From positions 36,270,001 to 36,334,000 of the forward strand of contig CM114271.1 of NCBI GenBank assembly GCA_050084515.1: a DNA stretch of 64,000 nt. The letters are read 5' to 3'. This document shows positions 37,793 to 51,667 of this stretch, one piece after another. The DNA comes from Blasia pusilla (Eukaryota). Position numbers and translations under genes: made by a program. The notes beneath the pieces were generated by a model. The model did not search any database, was not told where the DNA came from, and saw only the letters and a program-made list of their open reading frames with translations. Position 1 is the stretch's first letter. Each line of letters starts with the position of its first letter.

Positions 37793-38984
37793 CGGCAATT
37801 TCTAACACCTTCACGAGGCAATTAACTCTCCAAGTCCCAATCCCAAATTTTTTGCATTCATTTGCATCATTCCTTGAAGTATTTTTTAGATGCTTATTGA
37901 AGTCTGCATCCCTTCTTCTACCCAACTCCTCAAGAAATTTAAGGGGAAGAAACTTGGAGTGATTCTATAGGATTATAAGGTCAAAGTGCCAAATATCAAG
38001 AGGAGAGAAGTTTGCAAATGAAAGGGAACTCTCTAATAATAATATTGATTTACTTGAAATGATTATTCTTAAAATTAAAATTAAAATTTATTCTTATAAG
38101 AATAAGCATATATTCAAAATTTTATCGTAACCTCAATTAAGAGTCTTCTTAGGTACCCATTTGGATGATAAAAGTTCACCGCAACTATGGGTTAAATTAA
38201 TGAGTTTGCAAGGAAAGTGTCCAGGTAGCTCTAATGAAATCCGAATGTGGCTATGTAATATGCATACATTATGAGAGTGATATGGAAATTAACATGTGAA
38301 ATTTCATACAAAGATGCCTCTAAAGATACCCTTTTTATTTATTTTCATGCGAAAAACGGATGGTAAAACTATGATATGTCCAAAAAAATCCTATTAGCAC
38401 TTAAAGCAAACCTATGTCTCGGTCATAAAAGTGAATAAAAGAGAACAAACTCATGACCACAATGAGTCAAGAGACAAAAAGGTGCATTATTTGCAAAGTC
38501 AACCCTTGAGATGTGAATTTTTAGGAATCTAGTCTTGATTATATGATATTTACACATAGAATCATAAGAAAAACCAACCATAGGTTTTTTCAATTAAAAA
38601 AGGAAAATATGAGAGGAAAAATTAGATCTAGGAACCTTTAGGAGAAGAGAGTAGGGAGGGATAAGACCTTTTATAGGTCTTGTAAATAATCTATTATCCA
38701 TCAAAAAAGGAGGAGATATCACGAAGTTACACTGTTTATCCTCTCCCTTTTCTCTAAGATAAAATTTGAATCTAGATGCTACACAACAAATAATATGTCA
38801 CGACTCATGTTATGGAAACGATAATGTATTGACTTGTCAAATTTCATTTCATAGAGGCCAAATGTTAGCTTGTGAATTTATGCCTAATGAAAAAGTGGAT
38901 AACATGAAACATCACATCCAAGTTATCTAACCATTGAGATCATTCAACGTTTTAGATGTCACATGTTTTAGGATGGATTAACGA

Positions 38985-39200
38985 GATTATGATAGAGCGC
39001 CTTCAAGGATAGTGTAGGACAACCTCTTGAGGTCAAGGATGACATTATGAGGCCTCGGTTAACCTAAGAGAGTGGATTTCCCTTTCATTTCCGTTCATTT
39101 GGAGTTATGTAGAGAAACTTACTATTTTGGATAAGTTATTGTTATGAGTAGAGTTGACTTACCAATTTAGAAAGAAGAAAGTCAACTCTTGGCCCTTTGA
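38985..39200 (+). repeat. Diverged LTR-like fragment related to 20300-20520
   Basis: TAGAG(C/T)GCCTTC, GGTC(A/G)AGGATGAC, TCATTTGGAG and ACTATTTT(G/A)GATAAG occur in the same order at both sites. Confidence 0.5.
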
Positions 39201-40656
39201 GAGGTAGAAATATAGTGTTTGATGAAATGAAGTCATAGTATGAGAAACCGGATTTAGTTCATATTTTTAGAATGCTGAGTGAGCTAAATTTGGAAGGAAT
39301 GATCAAGGAGCATCACCCAACAGTACCAATAAAACACCAAGAGAGGTCATAAACTCTTAGAAGTTTGGGAGTCCATGATTTTTCTAGTTAAGATTAGAAG
39401 CAATTCCACCTAATGAAGTAAGTGAAACTTTAGATGGAAGGAACAATCCATCAATCACATGTTCCAAGAAATAATATAATAGAGCATAGGATCCTAGTCC
39501 TTATTCAACTTCCAAACTCATAATATCTCATAAGGTAAGAAATCTTTTGTAGCGATTCATACATAATGGCCTCTTGGCTATTTATCATGTATACATGATG
39601 AAGACTCTCATTTGCATGCTCATTCTTGCACTTGTAAGGTTGGGTTGAAGTAAAAGGGCTCAATGCTAGGAATCAAGCAATCATAAGGTGCAAGGTGCAT
39701 ACAAATATCCAAAAATTCTTACGAATAAGTTTCATGTACATAGATAGCTTCATTCTAGATAGAGAGCTTATCAGTAGTTGATACAATTGGTGTCTCTTTT
39801 AGTAGGTAGCATGCCACTTATCGATGTTCTTGTGGTTGAGAAGTTTCAATCTTGCCCTCTATTGTGATTATGTTTTCCTTCTTCACTGCAATCAGTTAAA
39901 ACTAGCACATCCGTCATCTCACCAAAGCTTCCATACAGCTACAAACTACAGCAATGCGCCTACAAAATGAAGAACATACTAATGAATGTTTTCCAATGGC
40001 CTTTTCGTCTTCCAAATAAGCTCATACCTTTCTCTCAACTTTGGAAAACTTGGTGATTGCTACAACATTGCTTTCTAATCCGGATATTATCTCCATGCTT
40101 TCAAGTTCAATCTACAAAAAAGAAACACTTGCATTCTCTCCCACCCACGTACACCAAGTCCTACCCAAGGTTGAATCAAGACACCCTCCCTAATTTCAAT
40201 CTCAGTCGGAAGTCAATATGCTCTTGCGGTGTCTTGCCTCACTTGTATAGTACCTTCATACAACAATGTGCATCCTCGGCCGCTCTTGCATCTCTGTAGA
40301 TCTCTCTTGCGCCCTAGACCGCTCTTGCATCTCCATCGATCTCTCTTGCGCCCTTGGCCGCTCTTTGCAGCTACAACTGGAAGCGAAAGATCTCTCTATT
40401 GCGCCCTCTATAGCTGCACTTTACTATTGTGTCCTCCATCTCTAGGCTCTTGTGCTAGGTCTCTGCATATTATCTTCTCTCCTCTCTTGTTCCCCTTACT
40501 CCCACGGTCTTCTGCACACATATGACTCATATACTTAAACATGCCAAGTCACTTTTCTTCTCCTATGTGTTTCCCCCTTCCACACTCTCCTCAAATCCCT
40601 CCTATATGCATTAACTATTGTATAATGCCTTCAACTCCTTTCAGGGTCTCAATCGC

Positions 40657-41246
40657 TGTCACATCTTAGTAGCCTAAAGGTAGAGATCTATCGTGGCGAC
40701 GACATAGAGAGCCAACGGACTATCTCGAACGTAACCTCATCCCAAGATGTCGGATGAGGGTGGTGACAAGTCTCCTACGTCAAGAAAATTATTTATGGAA
40801 ATTTTCCTATTTTGGTTTTAGTCTTGTAATCTGTGCACACACGTTACCGTTGGGAGGGCTATTTTTGGGGTAAGAGCCTTTTGGCTCTTCTCAAGGATAT
40901 AAGAGTGAGGGAGATGGCTTCCTCAAGCCATCTTTCTCATGTTGAGCCTTAGGAGCACCTTTCTTGCACGTGTGTGTGTGGGTGTGTAGGAGCTAGGGTG
41001 CTAACGTCCGGATTCCTTCATAGCAGAGGGTGGATGTGGCTCAATATGCCGATGTAGATTCAGAAGTGGAGTTTTAGGCCAGGTGAGCCGTTTTTACTAT
41101 TGTGATTTTTTGTGGGGCTTGGATGTATATGCATGAGTTTGTTTTTTTATGGATGGATTGACCCGTGTATTGGGAAGATTGGTGTTGTGTGGTGTGTAGA
41201 TGTGACCAGCGATGTGGGTTCTATAGCGATGTGTATGCGCACAATA
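40657..41246 (+). repeat. Probable solo LTR (gypsy-type), diverged
   Basis: Begins TGTCAC; ends CAGCGATGTG...TAGCGATGTGTATGCGCACAATA, matching the LTR end at 29129-29170 on the minus strand. No TSD confirmed. Confidence 0.45.
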
Positions 41247-41574
41247 CGTTGTCTAAACCCTTCCGTGTTACCTTAGTATGGTCTATTAAGGGTCTCTACA
41301 CTCAAGGAGAATTGCTTCTCCAAAATTTTCCAAACCCTAAATATTTCCAAGGGTTTGGGAGGAAGGGTCTAATCTATACATTCTTTCATAAACCTGACAA
41401 GGGCCTGTAAATATCCTAAAGTCCGTTAGGTTTGAGTGAATCTAATTTTTCTATATCATTGAATTGGAAAATCATGCTTTGTGACTCTTTTGGGAATATA
41501 ATTTTTTGATGATTACGTCTTTTTATAAATGAAAGATTAAGGATATGATTTTTTTTGCAATATTTGCATAATTT

Positions 41575-41818
41575 ATTATGACTCAGTCATAATGAGTTAA
41601 AATTACTCATTATTGAATAAGTCATTCATGTATATGACTAAGTCATGTCATAAAATGAGTCAATGACTTAGTCATATTGGTATAAGACTAAAATATTGTT
41701 AGTTTTTGGAAAGATACAACTACCATATGATTAAGGGAGATTTTAGTCATAAGTCCTAGTCATGAAGAACCCTAGTCATTTGGATCCTAGTCATACAAAT
41801 CATGACTTTCTTCTAGTG
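41575..41818. mobile_element. CACTA (En/Spm) transposon end
   Basis: Ends ...CTTTCTTCTAGTG (reverse complement CACTAGAAGAAAG), preceded by dense TAGTCAT/ATGACT subterminal repeats. Confidence 0.65.
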
Positions 41819-42959
41819 GTAGAGGCCTAAGCATCATCCCATCCCACTAAAGGTGCAAATACATCAATTGTTTTGATGTAGCCTAATTTTGGGGTAAATT
41901 GGTGAGTTTTCAGGTGCGGCTTGAGCATTGGGACTTTTCTCTCTAGTTATTTTTCATAGAGTCCAACCTCTACTTCACCTAGCTTCACCAAAAAAGACTC
42001 CCAAACTTTAGGTTTGCGAGTGGAAGACTCAAGTGATTGTGTGTTCCGTAAGTAGTCGAGAAGCCACCAAACACTAATCGGGTTGAGTCTCCCCAAATGC
42101 GTATTGTCTCCCTAGGAAGCCTCTTCCCCAAATCTTGGCCAATCTCCCCAAGTTACTCGTCTACACCAAAGCACGTTGGTTAATTCTTCAAGGTGTGTCC
42201 TCTAGCTTAAACATGAAACTCGGCCAAACACACATTATGGTTAGTTCCTAGTTCAAAGACTTGAGTGAGTAGGGAGGGAGAGTGTTCCCCCCTCCCCCCA
42301 ACAAGAGTTACTTCTAGGGTTCTATGGAGAAACCCCATCTTCCCTATTATCCCCCTTGGACCCTTGATTTTGCCCTCAACCCAAATGTAGTTTACAACTT
42401 ACGGACCCGCATTTGACTAGTTATCCATGAAGATGGCTTGGTGAAAGCTTTCTGCCAATTATGCAACTCTCGACTCCCTAAACACCTCTTGGAGCTTGGA
42501 CGTGCGTGTCATGTGTCTCATATCTAGTATCCGTCTTGACTCATTGTTTTGATTTTGATGGTTATCTTGCCGCCCTTTGCATTTTGTGATTAGTCTTATG
42601 GCGTCTCGCCCATCTTGACTCATATGTTCCTTGCTTCTTGCCCTTGACTAAGCACTCAACTCCAAGATTTAGTGTTTGAAATCTTTCTTGCCTTGCTTTT
42701 GTCCTGCGAGTAGCCACACGCCTTTCTCGCATGAGATTAGTTACAAGACACGTGCACGTTTTGCTTAGCGTTAGTCGTGTGGCCGGTTCCGCCGCCCTTC
42801 CTAGTCTTGTGACTACTTATTCTAGGTTCTGAATTTGGTGGGTCATACCAAGGTCTTTTCTCCTTGGACTTGTGATAATGAATTGCTTCCCGGATCCCCG
42901 CTAGCGCACATGGGATAGACTTAGCTATTTGTGAGGCTATTCTAAATGAGGACATAGAG

Positions 42960-45065
42960 GAAATCTTAGAAGATTTTCACCCCCCTTCAATTCAAGTGGA
43001 AATGCTTCATCTTTTATTAAAGACTATACAACACATATTAACTTAGGATTTGACTTGGAAATTTTCATAGTAGTGTTTCTTCATACTCCTTGCTTATGAG
43101 AAGGTAAATTATTAGAAATGGTTTTTTAGCATCTCGGCTTTTGCTTTATTCATGACCAGCAAATGACTTATCTTTATGTAAGGTTTGTGTACATATTATG
43201 ATACATCATGTGTCGTACTCAATCTCTAGGCTTTTAGATGCTTATCGTTTATTGAATATGGATAAGCCTCCTTATCTTGTTTGCCCATTGGCTATTGGAG
43301 AGGTATTATACAACTAGGTAGGTAGATGTAATTATTGCATTTTCATTCCTACTTAAGTGTCCAATAATCCTCATCAATTTGGAGTGGCCATCATTAGTGA
43401 TTGTAAGGCAATAGTTCCTGGGATATGCTTCACTCTTAATGTTTATCTTGATTGAGTGGCTATTCTAGTCGATGTAGCTAACATATTCAATCTAGTTTCT
43501 TGTGTGTCCATGTTGGAGGAGTAGCATTATGCAAGAAGAGGTTTGAGTTCTAGGTGTCCTAATTGGTTTTATGGACTATGTATCTACATTATTGGATGAA
43601 GCTCTTCTCAAAGATATAGACTAGCATCATATGTTGTCTCATCTAGGGGATCCCCAAGTTGCTTACGGAACTCACTCCCAATGTTTTCTTTAATGCCCTT
43701 TCTACATTCTTCCCACTTGTCCTCCCACCTCATAATTCTTACATTAGTTATTTTTTTTCGACACTTTTCTAATGACAACATTTGGTAAACTTCTTTGTCC
43801 TCATACTTTTAATGGAGATGATTATATCTTGACTTTTTGACAAATTATCTCTCGTTTTTCTTTTAGAGATGTGGGGCATTCTTTCATAGTGATATATAAA
43901 CCAAGAACATTTTTGGGGAGTTGAGTTTTTCTCCAACCCTATTATGACTTCAAGGTTTCTAGAAGGAGATACAACTATCTTGATGGATCATGTGGCCAAT
44001 GTAGAGGAAGGGGATATATTATTCCAACCACAAATGAGATCTATCTGTGCTCTTCTTCCATTTGCTACACATGAAATTATATCCCCTTTTAACCAATTGA
44101 TTATATAAGGGCTTGATTGACTTCTAGAGCGTATCCCCGAGAATTTGCACCAAATCAACTTTTATAGCATTTTGTCTAAGAAAACCTTTGACACTCATCG
44201 AGTTTTTCTGAATTCATGTGTAAATGCATGATGAGGGTCTGGGGGGGATAGACTTATTGCAAATCTTATTCTTAAATATAATATATTCTTGAAAACTCTA
44301 TGGTCACGCCTTGGAGTTCCTCATCCTTATCTTCTAGATATGCCTAATTGTGTACGTAGAAAACCCATTGATGCGAAGAATATCCACATTCAGTGATGTG
44401 AACATGTATGGTGGAAAAGGAACAACGATCCATAATGTGATTAAAGAGGCAATGGTGGCTTATACTGCATGACACACCATTGGATAAGAGCAACTACATG
44501 TCCCATCTTCTACTACAAAGTAATCTCTCTTCGATGAGTTGACCTTATAATGCCTTTAGTTGATTTTCATCTATTGGGTGATATGGTGGTTATTGATCCA
44601 ACACAATCTGACTTGGTGTGTTGGGTTGTATATACTAAAGGTTTTGCAACTAAACCTTTAGTTAAGTTATATGGTGAGACATGTGACCACTGGATTTATT
44701 CTTTTTGTAATGGAATTTTTTGGGCACTTACATGTGTCTTCTGATACTTTCATGAAAACAGATGATCACCATTCTCTTGTGGACTCACCTCTTCTCATAC
44801 TCCTCTCTCTAGAGTCACTACTTTTTTTTTACATTGTAGCTCGGTGGCATTACTAGGTGCACAAGAATTGACATTGATATGCTATTCCGAAATGGTTAGT
44901 AGCTAGTCATCTCTTCGTTCATTCACTAATGTTATCAGATTTTTTTTCAAATTATTGAGTTTTATGTTGATTTATTACCATTTTCTTTTTGCATTTTTTT
45001 AACCTCTTGCTACCTTCCCTTCTTTAGATATTGTTAAATCCATTTGTGTTTTTTTTGTTTTTATA
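42960..45065 (+). mobile_element. Second, more decayed and 5'-truncated copy of the RLE-type non-LTR element
   Basis: Colinear with 31400-33650, e.g. GGATAAGCCTCCTTA, TGGCTATTGGAGAGGT, CATCTAGGGGATCCCCAAGT, GAGAATTTGCA.CAAATCAACTTT, TGATCCAACACA. It has an internal deletion near 43540 and a T-rich 3' end. Confidence 0.85.
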
Positions 45066-45075
45066 TATAATACAA

Positions 45076-45447
45076 CTAGTGTGTAGCCCGTGCCATACAT
45101 GCGATTGTAGGGACTAATTGTGGTACACGCAATTTTTTCTCTTCATGCCCGTAGAATGAAAATATTTTCTTACTTCCCATAGAGTAGGAAACATTTTTTT
45201 GATGTCCGGTTGCCACAAATTGAACATAGAGGTTTTTACAAATAAAAATAGTACTCTCCAATAATAATTTACTAGTGTGAAGCCCGTCTATGCATAGGAG
45301 TGAAAGACTAATCATGTTGCACACAAAAATTTTGTGGAATATAAATTATGTTTTCACTCCCATACAATAAAAAACATTTTCTTGCTCCCGATGTAAAGCA
45401 AAGAGGTGTTTCCAAATAAAGAAATCACTCTCTAATAATAATATAGA
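45076..45447 (-). mobile_element. Two tandem mini-Helitron copies (45447-45272 and ~45270-45076)
   Basis: Minus-strand start TCTATATTATTATTAGAGAG; both units end in a hairpin remnant plus ACGGGCT(A/T)CACACTAG|T; similar to 20006-20179. Confidence 0.65.
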
Positions 45448-45889
45448 AAATGTATAGAAGATGATTTCTATTATGCCAACTATAATAGTCCATGGACACA
45501 GCTTATTTGTCCATCTCCAGTTACTACAAGACATATCTCATCTGTCTACCTTCTCCCATGCTTTAGCAGCCTGGGTAATCCCTCTCCGAGACCATTGCGA
45601 TTTCGCCAATTCTCTTTTTGGGAGTTCGTACACCATCCGGTAATTTTCCTGCTCGATGCAAAGAAGAAAGAATGCGGCCTTTTATCTCGGAACATTCCTT
45701 CGAAGTACCTCGAAAGTTGAAAAACCTCATCTGTGCGGGGTTGAAAGGCTCACCCATATAGTCAGTCCCCCGCTCACCGCTCCTGTTACGGATGATGAGA
45801 AAAGGAAATTCACAACACGAAAAAGTGAGGAGGACGGAAGCCATGATGAACGTGTGGGAGGTAGCTGCCGTACTGGTTCGTTCGTTCGT

Positions 45890-45925
45890 TCGTTCGTCCA
45901 TGAGCCCGGGCTCATGGACGAACGA
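45890..45925. repeat. Perfect 36-bp palindrome next to a (TTCG)n run
   Basis: TCGTTCGTCCATGAGCCC|GGGCTCATGGACGAACGA. Confidence 0.95.
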
Positions 45926-48900
45926 TCTGATCACGCTTCGCATCTGAACATGAACATGTTCAGATCCGAAGAGTGATCTCGTGATGCGAGAGGTGTTTTC
46001 GTGCGTCCACTTTGTGGCTGCACGAGACATTGAGGGGAGATCAGGATTCCCATCGGATAACGTAAGAATCCTTCATTTAATAATCGAGGAAATGGAGATT
46101 CCTCCCCAAATGCGGAGGTTGGAACAATACGGAGAAACTTGGCATGGCCCCCCCCATGCGCAAGAATGACACGCACTAATCCAGAAATTCTGCAAAAGCC
46201 CTCCCGAGTCCATACTCCCGGGACTCCTCCGCACTCGGGATCCAGAGAGGAAGGCGTTCACTCCACGCGCAATCTCGTCGGGTACAGCAGACGGTCGCTC
46301 ATGGATATTATAATACTTGACGTGATTCATCACCTGGCCAGTGTTCTGGGCTCGGTCTACGAGAGGTGCCCCAGGGCTCGACCCAACTGATTGGAGCTGA
46401 GGACTTCAGGTCTCGCGCACGAACTGGTGAGCCAGCCCCTTGGAATGTGGACAACACAACAAGCTACGGTCTAACATAGGACATAAGCAGATAAGAAGAG
46501 ATAAACTTCAATAAAAACGCTTGACGGAAAGAAGCTAGGAACCCATTCCGAAGTAATACCAAGGTCACACCTCGAAGAAGAAAAATGGAGGAACTTCCTG
46601 AAACTTATGAGTCTATGGAGATTTTTAGGGCCGGTGAAAAATATGGGCTTTGGGTAGGGAGAAAGAATTGGGTACATCTTAGGTTTTTACTTAGGAAAAA
46701 TATGGGCTTTGGGTAGGAAGGAAGAAATAAGAAGAGAGTTTGGGAGGTTGATTTTAAAGAAGTGATTTCTTTGTAAGAATATTTCTGTTAGAATTAATTT
46801 CTTTCGCAATAAAAGCCGCTCATTATGGTAACCTCAGAACTAAGTTTTCTTACTAGTAATTAAGCAGGTCTCCGACCAGATTTGGTGGAACATTGACACC
46901 CCTATTGTCCATGAAAACCGTGTGGGACACTTCACAGTAAACAGTTTTCGCTTACTTACACGAAGGATGAGGTAAATCTAATCCATCTATGAAGCCATCT
47001 ATGATCCTTCGGTGAACGGGATGACCAGGCCAGGAACTCGCGCGCCTGAACAAACTCGGGTTAGTCCAAGAAGGGTTGAAAGTATGTTAGAGCAGGATGA
47101 AAACAATAAAGTTTTTTTATTTTCTTTTCACCCACAACCCGTGGTTAAACTGACTCAACCACAAGTCAGAAAACAAGATGCATGGGCGTTTAGGGTTCAT
47201 GACCCTCTCCCCCCTCACCATTCTACCTGAGACTTTGTTGCTATGAGGAAGCTTGTTAGAAGATTCAGGAACCATGGGAAACAGAGAGGGAGGACTTAGA
47301 GAGTCGGGTAAATGAGGGCACCCCTTAAAGCCAGAGGTTCTCATGAAAATTGCAATATCAATGCAGGTAGAACCCACCTACAAACTGAGGTTTGCAAGTT
47401 TGATTCCGACTGCTCAGAAATTCCAGCACTTCGTCCTCTCCTCTGGACGCTGACTGCGTTGAGAGCGAATCTAAAAGAGTGGCCAACAGAAGACACGATG
47501 TGGTGATTGTCAAGGCAGTTGAAGGCACGCATCGGCATAATTGTTTGGACATATTAAAGGAAGACGGTGAAACTAGGAGGTGACTTGCAACTCTCTCTCC
47601 ACTCCACCTGCAGCAGTGCAGGTGGGATGCAGGCGGGGAGCCCCGAGACCAATGGATCCACAGATCCAGCCTCCTCCTCTTTACGGAGGACTACTGATTT
47701 CATCAGATTTCATTTCACTAACAAATGAAACGAAGAATTTCTTCCTCATTCGCTCCGTACCCAGATTCTGCCTCACCTCGGTTTCCCACAGCACAACTAC
47801 TAAAAAGAGGAAGACCTAATCATGGTATTTCTGGTTAGAGCCTCCCCTGCTGGTCCCATCCAGCTAGTAGATTGAACTGGTCAGAACACGACCTTGGCCC
47901 TAGCCAAGAACTCCACACAGTTTAATTTATTTGTTTCAACAGTAATGCCACCCATTGACACTCGGATGTTTGAGGAAGAGGAACATCCAACGCGAAGGAC
48001 GGGTTAGTTTTCGCGTTATTCTCTTCAATTAAAGTCTGGTTTGCCAGACAAAACAGTAGATTTGGTCTAAGTATTCGTTGAGAAGCTCAACCGATCGACA
48101 TTTGTTTTCTTCGGATGAAAAAGTTTCAATCACAGGTGTTCTCTTTTCTCTCTATCCGTACAGGTTATTGTTTATATATTTCCCATTTGAAGTCATCTTG
48201 CCACATGATTATAGCGTTCCTTTAGATGCTTTCAATATTACAAGATGCTTATATTTCAGCGGCTACTGAAAGATGTGAAGCTTTAGAAATTCGTAGTAAA
48301 CTCATCAATGCTCCTACATCAAAGCAGCTGTGAGCAAAAGGCCTGACAATATCTAATCCAAATGTATACCATTTATTCTTCCTGAAGAAATGAAGTCTTT
48401 TAAAAGAAGAATAGGGGGTTTTCTGCAAATGTATTGTAGTACTAGTAAGTCAAAAGAAAGTGTCCCCATTCCCATTATTAGAAGCTTCTGTTACGTAAGA
48501 GACATGTAAACAAAATACTCTGCCGTGGGTTTAATAAAAGAGGCACTGTGAGACTATGAAAATGATGACCCTATTAGCTGCTGGACGTCCTCGATACTCA
48601 TCACAAACATGCAATGAAAAGGATGCATTATGGACAACCCACACAAGCACCGGATAAAGTACAGTTGCACATAGAGCTACAAACATATTTGGAACGAACC
48701 ATATGACAAGAAGGGAGAAGTTAATCAAGACGGAGAGTCTAATGGAATCCTATGAGGACGTTGCAGAGAGCAAGGCATCGTTCGGTTTCCGAAGATGGAT
48801 ATAAGCGTGTGACAAATTACCTGCAAAAAGGAAGACTCGCCCAAGTGCACATTCGGGTGTGCAAAACCCTCAGACCAGAGTACTCTAGTTGCTTTCGCAA

Positions 48901-51667
48901 ACTTCTACAGCCGAACCACCCTGCCTAAAACTGACGTTTTGAGTGTGAGTTGCTTCACGTCTAATATGTGGGTGACAACATATGATATTCACTTGAGAAC
49001 ATTTGACGAATTGGATGACCTTCTGTAGAGTATTTGGTGGTGCTCCCACATCCCAGTCGTGAAATTGTGATGAAAGAAGTATTTCCCAAGTGCTTCTCGT
49101 ACTCGTGACCTAGACTATATCATAAAACATTGAATACTCAAGCATAGAGTTGTTGATCGGAACTGGACAGATCTTCGCGTTCAACGAGATTTTCTTCTCC
49201 CCTCCATGGCAGGGAGGCTTTCGTTTTATTGAATTTTATTGACGTGGATCTTGTTTTGAGCAATGTGAAAAAGAGACAATTAACAGAATAAATTGATAAT
49301 TTTCTTGACAATGTTCTTCTTTTGGACAACGTAAGAAAAGAGGAAAAAAAAAAGAAAAAAGAAGAAGAAGAAGAGAAGGAAACGGAGCGATTATAACCCA
49401 CTCTGAATTAGAATACGACATAGCATAACGAGTTCAGTCCATCGCTAAAGTACAACACGAAGAACTGTTTGAAGTACAGGATCTAATCAACAAACCTTGT
49501 TCTTCTGTCTGCTTTTTGTAAATGGATGAAAGTTGGCCCACTTTCTTTCACATTGCTATTCTCGCTTGATCACCGATTTTACAAAAGAAGAAGAAGAAGA
49601 GAGAACGGATTGTACAAGAAAGTACTTCCATCCGGCAAGATTTACCTGATCTGATTGCCCGTCCTAGAGAAAAACCAGAGCAGTTCGGAGACAATGTGGC
49701 CCGCGTGCAACCAACAGCGGTATCGGGCATATTCCTCTCGTATAGGTACCAGTCACATCAAGGCTCGATCCCCACGCCCACTCAAATCCCTTCCGGCTGC
49801 AAATGACACCGTGAAGGTCGCTTCGATTTACTGTTTGTGGTTTGTCCAGTCACGACTTAGCTGGTATCGGCAAATGTGAAAGTTGTACAACATCTGTTGG
49901 GTAAAGATGGGCGAGTTGCCTCGTTTGTTCAAGAGGTACACGCATTCAGAGACGTACAGAAATGCCCTGTTAGAATGGACTGTTGTAAGAACCGTCCTCG
50001 CTACTGGTCAACGTTTTTGTCCGAAAGCTACGAAAGTAAACAACTCTGGGATGTTCCACGTGTGTCGCATCTCATGTGTTGAGCTGATTTAATATGTGCT
50101 CCTTGTCCTCTCCTCTGTCGCATTCCAACGTAGATCCAACCTATACCGACCATTCGGTTGATGCATACAGTAGCCACGGGTTTAAAGTAAGATGTGCCTG
50201 TTAAGGTCATGCCTCAGTGTGCCAGACAAAAGACGGTGAAAGTGAAAGATCTTGTCAGGTTGCTGAGATTGTATCACTTACAGTACTCGATATGAGGATT
50301 TCTACGTATGAGAAGGTTTCATATGAGCGCAAGGACTCATTATCAAGAAAAGTCGGCAAAAGGGACTACCCTATCTTTCCTAGTTGGGAGTCAATTTCAC
50401 CAGGATATGTATGCATTTGACTCTATGAAGTTGAGTGACACCTCAAGGTGCTCGGATGGCAGCATGACATTGGTAGCGATGTGCTTTCAAAATTCTACTT
50501 CCTACGCGAATATCCACACTCTGATTAGTGGTTGAGGAGAAGAACGACATCTTTGATCTCTCAACAAGTTCATGGCATTACTGGCCCTGTCTGTGTAATG
50601 GCCTCAGATATTCTCGCAGATTGCTCTTCAAAGGACGCCGGACAATTCATACGCACAGTGCCACGCTCTTGTCGATAAGCTCTTCTTTGCAGTGGCCCAC
50701 GTGAAATGAGGAGAGCTTGACGGTGTCACCATCAGCCTCTCTCGCTCTAGCAGCTCATATGAATTTCCCTATGACCTTAACGATTGCTTTATCTTCTGGA
50801 CACAGGAATTCTTAATATATTACTTTCATTGTTAGCTTTGCAAACAACTCCAGGCGACGATTGGTTAGAGGTATCCCCATAAACGGAATGTTAGGTGCGA
50901 GAGACATTAGCCTAAGTCTGCGGGAGATCAGAACACGACCAGGTAATTGGTGGAGCTGAGTTCGTGGTAAGTTGCTGCATTCGCCAATGTGGAGATGTGA
51001 AACAAGGGTAAGAGGAAACGAAATTTTAAGGATTATGGGACTCACGTATTAAGGCAAGACTGAACGAACGTAACCATATGGAACAATCGCCTCCATCGTA
51101 GCAGCCCAAAAGGGAAAATTATGCCATACTCACCGTCGTGTGCCTACGTGCAGGTGAAAATAGAGCAATTTTCTACTGCTCATCGTTCGAGTCACGACCA
51201 GTTCAGGGTATGGGACACTTCTGTCAAATAAACATTCCCATCATGGGGATCAAGGAGGAACCTCGACTGAGTGATTCTCCAGCGACCGTGGCGGAACTTG
51301 GTCTTGTGAAATACCGTTTCAGCCACACATAATGTCTCGAATACTGCTCACAGTCTATAAGCTGGATCTTTCTTTTGCCGCTTTGACATGTCCGGAACGT
51401 TGGAGTTCCTGTTAATCCAAACTAGACGTTGTTGGCTGTCACTGCCTCGTTTAGTCAGTCCTAATAGCTGGCAAAGAAAACACACAAGATATGTCAACAC
51501 TTGGTGGAGTCCGGGTCGTGGGATCACAATCAAACATTCTAGCGGTCGACGAGAAAGCTCTGCACTTGGAACATCAAGGTTAGCGTGTGGTCAATCTACA
51601 ATTTTGAGAAGCTCGGTAGTGTCATCTACAGTACCAAATAGCTTCGATCATTCTGAGCCAGAGTACT

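Noticed and set aside
39200-39300. Copia-like peptide RNIVFDEMKS*Y
   Set aside because: Too short and decayed to call with confidence.
40280-40360. Two 39-bp tandem units
   Set aside because: Trivial local duplication in repeat-derived DNA.
46900-51600. Possible gene, miRNA or other ncRNA downstream of SHOC1
   Set aside because: No conserved miRNA, tRNA or snRNA motif or coherent exon chain recognised by eye. A transcript cannot be excluded without Rfam or RNA-seq.
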